NCBI GenBank assembly: GCA_951406725.2
Contig: OX597835.1
Location: 39,866,001 to 39,930,000 of the forward strand
DNA length: 64,000 bases
Direction: 5' to 3'
DNA from: Octopus vulgaris
Lineage: Eukaryota
A program made the translations under genes and the position numbers. This document shows positions 53,775 to 64,000 of the stretch, piece after piece (positions within the stretch are counted from its first letter, which is position 1; every line of letters starts with the position of its first letter). Under the pieces are notes generated by a model. The model had not been told where the DNA came from. It saw only the letters and a program-made list of their open reading frames with translations, and did not search any database.

Positions 53775-55435
53775 ATGGACATCTGATGAGAATGAATGAT
53801 AAAAGACTTCCTAAGCGGCTTTTGTATGGTGAGCAGAGAGAGATTGTAAAAGGGCAGCACACGAATCCAAAATGAGGTTCAAAGACTGCCTTAAAACTGC
53901 TTTGACAGAAGTTAGACTCTCAGATGTTGATTGCGGAAGAGAAGCACAAGACGTGAACAGATGGAGGAAAAGAGTGTTCAATGGTTGCTCGATGTCTGAA
54001 AGAGAGAGCGAACGAAGCACATGAAGATCAGGAGAACGCTTAGAAACACTGAACCAATAGTAAGTGAAGGAGTGTTGATTTTTACGTGTGTGATTAGTAG
54101 GAGGCGAATGTAGGACAATCACCTCCAAGTCAAAACCCCCGTAAGACAAAACCCCCGTAGGACAAAAGCCCTCGCACAAAACCCCACCAGTTAAAGTGTG
54201 AAAGCGGACAAAACCCCCTTGGTTATATTTTTCGGTTATTTTTCGTTTTTCCCCTCTTTTACTTGCTTCAGTCATTAGACTGTGGCCATGCTGGGGTACC
54301 GTCTTGAAGAAGTTTTAGTTGAACAGTTTCGACCACAGAATTTTGCTTTCCCTTTTTGCTTGTTGCAGTTATTAGACGACAGCCAAGCTGGAGCACCACC
54401 TTGAAGAGTTTTTAGACAACTGTATCGAACCCAGAATTTTTCTTTAAGCCTGGCCAAAACCACCTCTGTTTACTCGCCCTTTGTGCTTGTTAAATCATTA
54501 GACTATGGCCATGCTGGGGCACAGCCTTGAAGAATTTTGTGTCGAATGTATCAACCGCAGATTTTTTTTTTTTTTTGTAATTTTCAACCAGCGCATGTTA
54601 AGCCAAGGTCTCTCCACATGTTAGAAATAACACCCAAATCACTTGAATCGTTTTTTATATATATATAATTTCCCGTAGATATAAACGGAAATCGCAGTTG
54701 TAAAAGACTTTTTTTTCCAAAATTCCAATTTTTAAGTAAGCAAAAATATATTCAATCGAAAATAAATGAGTAGAATAGAATAACAGAACACAAGACTTGT
54801 TACTACTCAATGTACATATTGTCTGAATTCTATCAAAAATGGAAAGCATTTACTTCAAGAAATGTGTAGAAAGATAGAAGCGATAAGAAGTACGTTTGAC
54901 CGACTAACTTTCGGCGCCATAATTCTGTTACACCTTGAGTGGCCAGAGCAAGTTCAAAAGGTCAGCTCATTCTCATTAATCTCTAAGTGCAGAGAGAAGA
55001 AAACAAAAGACTGCATGGCCGCAGTCTAATAACTGAAACAAGTAAGGATATAAAAAAAATTCTGGGTTCGGTACCCCAGAATGGAGGCAGTCTAATGACA
55101 AGTAAAAAAAGGGAAGAAAACGGAAAAGGACCAAAAAATATAACCGAGGGGGTTTTGTCCGCTTTCGCACTTTAACTAAAGGGGTTTTGTGCGAGTGGGT
55201 TTTGTCTGAGGTTTTGTCCTAGAAAGCTTTGTCCTAGGGGGTTTTGCCCGGATCCCGTACGAGGCAATGATTAAGTCGTGCAGGCCTCGTCAACCATCAA
55301 AATAGCCATTAGATGTCAGAGGACTTCCTACTGTGACACCGATACCTTCTGCCAGCCAGCACAACGATGCATTATGCAATAAAATGTGCAAATCTTTGGC
55401 GAGGCTCAAGTGTCATATAACGGCCTCACATTGCC
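53775..55435 (+). pseudogene. 3' remnant of an RTE-clade LINE, interrupted by the 54106-55256 insertion
   Basis: GHLMRMNDKRLPKRLLYGE...RFKDCLK...AQDVNRWRKRV at 53775-54010; terminal Cys/His motif CNKMCKSLARLKCHITASH at ~55375-55431. Confidence 0.7.
54106..55256. mobile_element. Foldback/Mutator-like non-autonomous element with long TIRs and 9-bp TSD
   Basis: Long TIRs built of GGACAAAACCCC units; TSD GTAGGAGGC (54097-54105) / GTACGAGGC (55257-55265). Confidence 0.75.
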
Positions 55436-55513
55436 TTATCAATGACCCATTTCAATGATGCTTCCCAACAATGGGCTTCCTCGTATACGAGAAATCCACT
55501 ACATATATATATA

Positions 55514-55750
55514 TATAGTATAAGTAAATAAATGGAGTTGAACGCAGGTGTTATTCAAGAATTTGAATAACACCTGCGTTCAACTCCATTTATTTACTTA
55601 CACTATACAAATTACTGACATTAACCCGGAGTATCTACATTTGAATAGGTCGCCACATCCGTGTTACTTGCGTGAATTTTGCTACCCTGGTAACTGTCTA
55701 TTGAATTTTCCATGTTAACGGTAAACAAAGGATAATTCATTCATCCATTT
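55514..55750 (+). mobile_element. Hairpin+tail mini-element in (TA)n
   Basis: 45-bp arms 55514-55558 / 55563-55607 (one mismatch, 4-nt loop), tail to 55750. Confidence 0.75.
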
Positions 55751-55794
55751 ATATATATATATATTGCTAAACCTCGCTAAGATAAATATTTCAA

Positions 55795-55865
55795 TTACCT
55801 GAAGATTGACTGTAACCATAACTCGAATTATTACGAATTGGACAGCCATGAAACGATCGTAGTGT
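55795..55865 (+). ncRNA. Type I hammerhead ribozyme motif
   Basis: tac-CTGAAGA-ttgactgt...acagccat-GAAAC gatc GTA-gtg; palindromic stem III, short stem I; in a ~230-bp unit between (TA)n tracts. Confidence 0.65.
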
Positions 55866-55992
55866 TTTACTCATCTTTTATTAAATTTTTAATACTTTTG
55901 ATATATATTTAAAATAATATAAGTTAATTAATTTTATGTATTAGCTTAAGTTTTTCATTGTTTGATTTGCCTAATAGTGGTTTTATCTCTAA

Positions 55993-56055
<63 letters not shown>

Positions 56056-56326
56056 TAGGGATGGTATTATTAAAATACCATCACAAGTGGTAAGCGAATT
56101 ATTAGCTGTACAGGCAAATTAATAAAATATATACATACAATATTTGATATGTACATATATACACAAGGGTAGTACATGAGTACCTATATCGCCAATGATA
56201 GAAGTCGAAAAGTACTTCTGTACCACCGAAAAGTCAAAAATCCATTACAGACAAGATAGGAAAAAATATCAGTGAACAATAATAATGTCTTACCTCAAAT
56301 GGGTCAGAACAAGTAAATGCTGGTCA

Positions 56327-56386
56327 ACTCGGTACCGGTTTCGAAATTTAGCGCCACATAGGCGCGTGATCTCTCATCAGCCAAGT
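56327..56386 (-). ncRNA. Type I hammerhead ribozyme motif
   Basis: acttgg-CTGATGA-gaga tcac gcgcc tatgt ggcgc taaa tttc-GAAAC CG GTA-ccgagt; canonical core and 6-bp stem I; in a ~420-bp unit between (TA)n tracts. Confidence 0.85.
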
Positions 56387-56472
56387 CCGCCAGCTAAATA
56401 ACTACTGACATTCTCCCCATCATGCCTGCGAAAGTTCGTTTGAAGTGACCAAGCACCGTACGAACAAACGAA

Positions 56473-56537
<65 letters not shown>

Positions 56538-56553
56538 GCATATATATATAAGA

Positions 56554-56910
56554 GAAGAAAATGGATGTAATAACAAGAGGAAACTCGTGGTTTTCGCTGC
56601 TATGCCATTAATTTAATTAGATAACAAAAAAGAAGGAAGCAACGATGAACAAATGCTACCTTCATCTTTGCTTCCTTCTTATTTGTTATCTAATTAAATT
56701 AAAAGACATACCAGCGAAAACCACGAGTCTTCCTTTGTTATTACATCCATTTTCTTCCCCTACATAACCTAAACTACGGTTTACCAACCGAACCACCTGC
56801 TACCGTACAACCATACAAAAGACTGTTCCTACCCAAGTAATAACCAGGAATTTACTTTGGATTTAATTATCCCTTAGAGGTATTAAATTCCTTCAACTGA
56901 TACCTACACT
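56554..56910 (+). mobile_element. Hairpin+tail mini-element in (TA)n
   Basis: ~96-bp diverged arms 56554-56649 / 56661-56757, tail to ~56910. Confidence 0.75.
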
Positions 56911-56912
56911 AT

Positions 56913-56946
<34 letters not shown>

Positions 56947-56952
56947 TCATAT

Positions 56953-56994
<42 letters not shown>

Positions 56995-56999
<5 letters not shown>

Positions 57000-57642
57000 A
57001 TAAAATATGGAAAATCAACGAAAATGCACATTGCAAATAAAAAAAGAGGCTATTTATGACAGGTAGTGAATTGTATATTGCTGTGTATGTTGTTGAGCAT
57101 TCTTTTGAAATCAAGGAGTTGATCCATGCTGTCTTTCCAAAGTATGAAGCAATCATCTAAATATCTCTTCCAATTCTCCTTTAAGTAGCAATTAAAAAAG
57201 GTGCCATATTTTTCTAGTGATGATTGGCATAACTTGAGTTCGTGGTAACCCATTATGAGGTTTGCAATCACTGGACCAGCTCTGGTTCCCATTGCAATAC
57301 CGCATTTTCGACGATAGTAAGTAGTATCGAACAAGAAGTAATTGTTCAGCAGGACGAATTTCAGTGCTTCAATTATAAAATTGTGGTTAATTCGTCTTGG
57401 GATCTCTTCTAGGTATTTTTCTAGCCAAAATGTGATTGCTTCTATACCATAGTCGTGTGGGATATTGGCGTATAGATTCACCACATCGAAAGATACCAGT
57501 AGTGTTCCGTCCTTTACTGTCTTCGGGGGGTGGTTCAGCATGTCTGGGTCATCCCTGGTAAAGCTTTTCACATATTTTAAAAGAGGTTTGAATAATATGT
57601 CGAGGAAGTTGCTCAAACGGTGGGTTTCATAAGAAGGGCCAG

Positions 57643-57645
<3 letters not shown>
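56995..57645 (-). pseudogene. Penelope-like element reverse transcriptase fragment in (TA)n
   Basis: IAGPSYETHRLS, LVSFDVVNLY.NIPH, NNYFLF, GIAMGT, WKRYLDDCF, NIQFT motifs typical of PLE RT; frame open for about 195 codons. Confidence 0.9.
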
Positions 57646-57681
<36 letters not shown>

Positions 57682-57682
<1 letters not shown>

Positions 57683-57908
57683 CTTTATTACCCACAAGGG
57701 GCTAAACACAGAGGGGACAAACAAGGACAGACAAACGGATTAAGTCGATTATATCGACCCCAGTGCGTAGCTGGTACTTATTTAATCGACCCCGAAAGGA
57801 TGAAAGGCAAAGTCGACCTCGGCGGAATTTGAGCTCAGAACGAAACGGCAGACAAAATACGGCTACGCATTTCACCCGGCGCGCTAACGTTTCTGCCAGC
57901 TCGCCGCC
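57682..57908 (-). mobile_element. Full-length SINE family B (Nin-domain-like)
   Basis: GGCGGCGAGCTGGCAGAAACGTTAG...GTCGACTTTGCCTTTCATCCTTTCGGGGTCGAT; near-identical to 63370-63598. Confidence 0.88.
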
Positions 57909-57970
57909 AAGGGATATATATACATATATCATCTGGATAATAACCTTATAACGTGCATATTATTATTATT

Positions 57971-58027
<57 letters not shown>

Positions 58028-58044
58028 TTTTTTTCCATTCTTTT

Positions 58045-58576
58045 CATACCATCAAAGTGACACCGGGGTAAAATATAAGAAGCCCAGTATACCCATCATG
58101 ACTACCCATCTGATAAGGGTACACCAGGCACGTGCATCACAACCATATGTACGCGACATGGTGTCTCATATCAAGATAAACAGCACATGACCTTGCAGGT
58201 GGGGCCCAGTTATAATTTTCTTTAGGTCGAGTAGCCCATCTCGCTTAAAAGGACTCTGAATAAGGATTGTTTAAGGATGTTGAACGAACCACTCATATTT
58301 CCAAAGGTGAATTATTCAAACTCCAAAGAATCCCTCTCAACACACAGCTATGATGATCCCCCACTACTTCTGCTCATGATCAGAGATGCACATATCGTCA
58401 GCCACTAAGGGATATGCTCAACTGGTTAAGGTCAAACAACTGACAAGTAAATCTGTGGTATTGAGCAGAATATTTGCTGTAGCCCATCTTTTATACCAAG
58501 ACAAAATACATGATACCATTTCCAGTCAGTTATGATCAGAAGCCATGAGAGCCACTGCCTGGTACTGCATCAGGGC

Positions 58577-58577
<1 letters not shown>
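58045..58577 (-). mobile_element. Non-coding interspersed repeat between (TAG)n and (TAT)n tracts; possible TAA-targeting non-autonomous retroelement
   Basis: Its 58056-58137 part recurs inverted at 61460-61560, where it ends in AAT/GAT repeats. Confidence 0.55.
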
Positions 58578-58629
<52 letters not shown>

Positions 58630-59333
58630 GTATTAGTATTAATATTAAATATCATCATTATTTCGCTTAAGCCGGGCAAAATGCTTAGCGCTATTTTTTG
58701 TCAGTCTTTACATTCCAAGTTCAAATTCCGCTGAAGTCGGGCTTAATCCTTTTATACTTTCGGGATCGATTAAATAAGTACCCGTTGAACACTACGGTCG
58801 GTGTAATCGGCCCCAAAAATTTCAGGTCTTGTGCCTTTAGTAGAAAGGATTAGTGATACTAATAACCTGGTGTTAAACCTCAATATACGGGTACATCAGA
58901 ACAAAGCGTCAGTTGAGTACACAGACAAATATTAAGAAATTAAAATGACAAGGGAATGCATATATAGTTGTATATAGTCGTAAAAATATAGGTATATATG
59001 TGTGCATATATGTGTGTGTATGTGTGTGTTCGGATTAATACGACAGCAGTAGTTGTTGTTAGTTAAAGTAATAGTTAAGGGTGACAGTAAGAAAGAGGAG
59101 GTAAGCGTTGTTGATGAAGTTGGCGGCGAGACGAGGTGAGTGGCGGGTTTAGTGACCCAACTCAGACACAACTCTGTAAGGTGATAACTGTGTAAAACGA
59201 TAGTTTCATTGACTGTTAAGGTTTATAATTTGTAAGTATCTCGAGAACCTCCGGCGCCTCGACAACAGCCAAAACAAAAATAAAAAGAAAACCGTTGCCA
59301 AAGGTCGAATATGTGACTTTTATACGTGTATAT

Positions 59334-59461
<128 letters not shown>

Positions 59462-59898
59462 ATATATACACATACATACATATGAGTATATATATATATA
59501 TATATATTTTTATATATTTATATATATATATATTTATATATACACATACATACATATGTATATATATATATATATATACATATATATATACATAACACAC
59601 ACATATATATATATATATTTATATATAGTATTTTATAGATTTTTATTCATTTAATTTTTTCGTATTTTCGTTTTGTTTAATCTAGGTGTGTTTCTATGTG
59701 TGTGCGTATGTGTTTAGTGGCTGCGAGCGGCGAATGGCGGCAAGTGGCGGGAGGATGGCGATGCGTATGAGATGCGTGTCTTTTCATTGTATAGGTGTGC
59801 ACATGCGTATGCATACGTGTACGTCAGTAAATATGTGATGCACATCCATAATATATACGTATTACACGCACACACACACACACACATAGAATGTGTGT

Positions 59899-59965
<67 letters not shown>

Positions 59966-60189
59966 CTTTTATTCTTTGTTTTGTTTTAGTCATTTGACTG
60001 CGGCCATGCTGGGGCACCACTTTGAAGGGACTTAGTCGGACAAATCGAGCCTAGAACTTAGTATCTTTTTGAAGCCTAGTACTTATTGTATCGGTCTTTT
60101 TTGCCGAACCGCTAGCTTACGTGAACGTAAACACATCACCACCGGTTGTCAAGGTGTGGTGGGGCACACACAAACACACACAGACATAC

Positions 60190-60228
<39 letters not shown>

Positions 60229-60232
<4 letters not shown>

Positions 60233-60437
60233 ATCCAAACATGAAAACACCAAGAGAAAACACAACAACGTGAGGACGTGGAACAAATATAGTATTATTG
60301 GACGCTCAGGAAGGAAGGGAAGAAGGAGGGTTTAACGTTTCGAGCGGAGCTCTTCGTCAGAAACGTAGGAAAAGGAAAGATCCAGAGAAGGAAGACGGAG
60401 GAAAAAAAATCGCCAACGGTACACACGCGGTCACATT

Positions 60438-60441
<4 letters not shown>
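60229..60441 (-). mobile_element. Family H1 short element in (TA)n
   Basis: Third copy, (TA)n on both sides. Confidence 0.85.
60330..60364 (-). ncRNA. Minimal type I hammerhead ribozyme motif
   Basis: gttt-CTGACGA-agagc tcc gctc-GAAAC GTT-aaac; loopless palindromic stem III (AACGTT). Confidence 0.8.
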
Positions 60442-60473
<32 letters not shown>

Positions 60474-60750
60474 TAAATGGAGACAAGAAGTGGAACGAAC
60501 CGGTAAATCGAAACGAACCTGACGCGAGGCGCTGTCAGACAATAATATAATAAATAAAAATATATGCATACATACAAACATATATGTACGTAACTACATC
60601 TACATGTATATATACATGCGTATATAAATAAATATACGTAAGTACAGGACACCACAACAAGACGTAGAAACGGGAAAAACAAAAATTTTTTACAAGAAAA
60701 CAAGTACAGGACATGCTACACAAGGAAGTGTGTGTGTGTGTGTGTGTATG

Positions 60751-60803
<53 letters not shown>

Positions 60804-60976
60804 ATGTGTGTGTGTGTATGTATGTATGTATGTATGTATGTATGTATGTATGTATGTATGCATGCATATTTCAGTCCAATTGCGTGACACCTTAGGCAAC
60901 TGTCTTCTACTATAGCCTCGGGCCGGCCAAAGCTTTGTGAGTGAATTTGGTAGATGGAAACTGAAAGAAGCCTGTC

Positions 60977-61036
<60 letters not shown>

Positions 61037-62050
61037 TATTTATTTGCTATTTGTTTCTGTGTTTGTTTCAGTACACACACGTTATGTAATAACTATTGTT
61101 TGAAACAGTGATTTCTCGAAGCAGATGAAGCTATAAATGATAGAGTGTAAATATCATTTAGAAAATGTTGAAGGCTGCTAACCGGACTCGAGCCCAAGTC
61201 TCCTGTAAGAATGGCAGGTGTTCAACCATTGGAACAAAACAATCCTTCGAATTTGTCCATTTTAGAAACAGCCTTTTCTCTTTCTCTATCTCTATCTCTC
61301 TCTGTTTCTCTCTCTCTCTCTCTTGGTCTAATTCTCTCTTTCTCTTCCTCTCTTTTTCCCTCTTACCCTTTCTCTCTCTTCCTCTGTCTATCTTCTCCCC
61401 TCTTCCTCTCTGTTTTCTTCTTTCTCTCCTCATCTCTCTATCATATCTTATAATAATTCTACTGTCATGCATGTGCCTGGTGTACCCTTATCAGACAGAT
61501 AGTCATGATGAGTATACTAGGTTTCTTATATTTTACCCCAGTGTCACTTTGATGGCATGCACTGCTTCTCACTCAATAATGATGATGATGATATAAATAG
61601 TCAAATGCTTTGGTGCGTGACATTTGACTCACCCTGTATAATGCCAGATCAATGTTTTTTTCAGGTAAATCTCGTTCTAGAAAGTCGTATAAAAATAAAT
61701 TCCTTATGCTGAATTGATTGTCTTAATTTCGTAGTATTTAAAGTGACCGCTTCGTTTTTTCTGTCTCTTCTTGTCCGACAATGAATGTTGAGGCCAACAA
61801 CTGAGTCACTAAGCAAAGAACTACCTTTCGTTCAACAGTAGATAGCGAGGCCAATAGTCACCGAAACATCTCGGCTGTAACTAACAGTGAAGAATCCATA
61901 TGTGGTATATTTGATGTTCATTCTTTCCGTTTAACTTTCATAGATCCATAACACCTTGCATATATGTCTTCTATCACTGACTTCAGGCTACTCAATACAT
62001 TGTACGAGGAATTTAGTAGACCAAAACTCTACCAAAATCTGTCGTATGTA

Positions 62051-63344
62051 CGAGGGGCGTTCAATAAGTAATGCCCCTGATCCAGTTGATGTTGTTCGAT
62101 CTAGCTGAAATTTTGCATGTGCAATTACTTATATCACTATAGATTAAGTGGCAAATTACAGCTCTAAACTAATTGTGGTTTCTGATTTACAGGTGTTTGA
62201 ACTGAGTCAAGTGTGAAATGGAGTCTCTTGAATGTCGAGCAGTGATCCGGTTTTTGTATTTGAAAGGACGCACACCACGGGAGACTTTTGATGAAATGAA
62301 AGTAACTTATTGTGATAATGCCCCATCATATGACCTTGTAAAACGCTGGCATCGTGAATTCAAACATGGTCGGAACTCTGTGGAAACAGCTCCCAGATCT
62401 GGTCGCCCCCTTCTGCCATTGATGAGGCATCTGTCCGTCAAGTTGAGGCTGCCATTTTGGAAGATCGACGCATAACTATTCGCCAAATAGCCCATGAGGT
62501 CAAGATTAGTACCGGGTCTGTGGAAACTATCATTCATGACCATTTGCATATGCAAAAGGTGTCTGCCAGATGGATTCCCAGGTTGCTCACATCTTTCCAG
62601 AAGCAAGAACGCGTCGATTGCTCGAGGATGAATTTGGAGATGTGCCAAGAAGATGAGTCAAAATTTTTCAAAAGACTGATTACACAGGATGAAACCTGGG
62701 TCCATCACTATGATCCAGAGACCAAAGCCCAGTCAATGCAGTGGAAGCACCGTGACTCCCTTCCTCCAAAGAAGGCAAGGTCATGCTCACAGTCCGCTGG
62801 CAAGGTCATGCTCACAGTCTTCTGGGACCAGGACGGAGTAGTGATGACAGATTTCCTGGCAAATGGTGCCACAATTACAGGAGCCTATTATGCTTCACTT
62901 TTGAGGAAATTAAGAGAAGCTATCAAAATCAAGAGGCGGGGCAAGATCAGCAAAGGCATCCTCCTCCTGCAGGACAACGCTCTGGTCCACAACTCGCGTG
63001 TCGCCAGATCAGAAGCACAGGCGTGCGGCTATGAGCTCCTCCCCCATCTCCCTACTCTTCTGACCTTGCACCTTCTGATTTTCACCTCTTCCCAGCCATG
63101 AAGTTGTTTTTGAAAGGAAAGCGTTTCCCAGATGATGCAGCCTTGATTTCTGAAGTCACGTCGTGGCTGGAGGACCAAGCTGGTGTCTTCTACAGAAACG
63201 GTCTTCAGAGCTGCATCAAACGATGGGAGAAATGCGTAACTCTGGGTGGTTCCTATGTAGAAAAAGACTAATAACTGTGCCAAGTTTCGTTGCTCTACTT
63301 CTATGGGAAGTGGGTCAGGGGCATTACTTATTGAACGCCCCTCG
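62051..63344 (+). mobile_element. Full-length mariner element (1294 bp), irritans/Bytmar-like TIR
   Basis: Perfect 30-bp TIRs CGAGGGGCGTTCAATAAGTAATGCCCCTGA; TA on both sides. Confidence 0.95.
62218..63271 (+). pseudogene. Mariner DD34D transposase with two frameshifts
   Basis: RAVIRFL, PRSGRP, WIPRLL, ITQDETWVHHYD, LLQDNA, YSSDLAPSDFHLF, GSYVEKD*; frame changes near 62415 and 63050. Confidence 0.92.
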
Positions 63345-63369
63345 TAAAACAAATAACCTTTATTATTTA

Positions 63370-63598
63370 TTTATTTATTACCCACAAGGGGCTAAACGTA
63401 GAAGGGACAAACAAGGACAGACAAATGAATTAAGTCGATTACATCGACCCCAGTGCGTAACTGGTACTTAATTTATCGACCCCGAAAGGATGAAAGGCAA
63501 AGTCGATCTCGGCGGAATTTGAACTCAGAACGTAACGACAGACGAAATACGGCTACGCATTTCGCCCGGCGTGCTAACGTTTCTGCCAGCTCGCCGCC
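63370..63598 (-). mobile_element. Full-length SINE family B
   Basis: Matches 57682-57908. Confidence 0.88.
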
Positions 63599-64000
63599 TT
63601 ATAACCGTTATTATGTTTCACGTATTTTTAATGTGCATTTCGTATTGTAGAAGTTCCCAAACTTATTTCAATGCGGAAACCTTATCGGTTTTTCAAAACC
63701 ATCAGCACTCATATCAACATTCTATGGACAATTCCTCCACCCTAATTATAAATGAAATAAAAATCGTCTTAGAAAATTAGTAACTTATATATTCTGAAAG
63801 GTAAATACTATTTTTTGAAGACATTGTTTAGCGGGACCTCAGATGTGTTTTTTTTTTTTTCGTTTTTCACGGCACCCTGTCGTTCATCAGAACAAACGAT
63901 GACAAACACTGTTCCGGTTTAAGACAATGGTATTTGATTTGAGTGAAATTTGGCAGCTATTTCTAGCATATTGCGTAACTGTATAGAAACTCTTAAGTTT

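Noticed and set aside
63845-63894. Minus-strand CTGATGA-hairpin-GAAA
   Set aside because: No stem III or UH cleavage site; runs into poly-A.

Overview
Eukaryotic, AT-rich, microsatellite-saturated DNA with no intact host gene I can recognise. The repeat content (tRNA-derived CORE/Nin/V-type SINEs, dense TA/TACA/TAGA tracts) resembles an octopus (coleoid cephalopod) intron or intergenic region; this is an inference. Almost all supplied ORFs are translations of simple repeats. Real coding remnants are all mobile: a CR1-group LINE 3' part, Penelope-like (PLE) RT and GIY-YIG fragments, two REL-endonuclease LINE ends, an RTE LINE end split by a 9-bp-TSD foldback element, a truncated maT-like transposase and a full-length but frameshifted mariner. 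There are also MITEs (hAT-like, GG-TIR with 8-bp TSD, Tigger-like), Lep1-type helitron-like elements and many SINEs. The most notable signal is a set of small non-coding elements in (TA)n tracts carrying minimal type I hammerhead ribozyme motifs from at least five unrelated sequence families. Several are built as 'hairpin + one-sided tail', and two carry hammerheads on both strands (22962-23170, 45816-46703). There are weak hints of host exons near the start, including a U12-type donor at 49-57. All alignments, translations and folds were done by eye.
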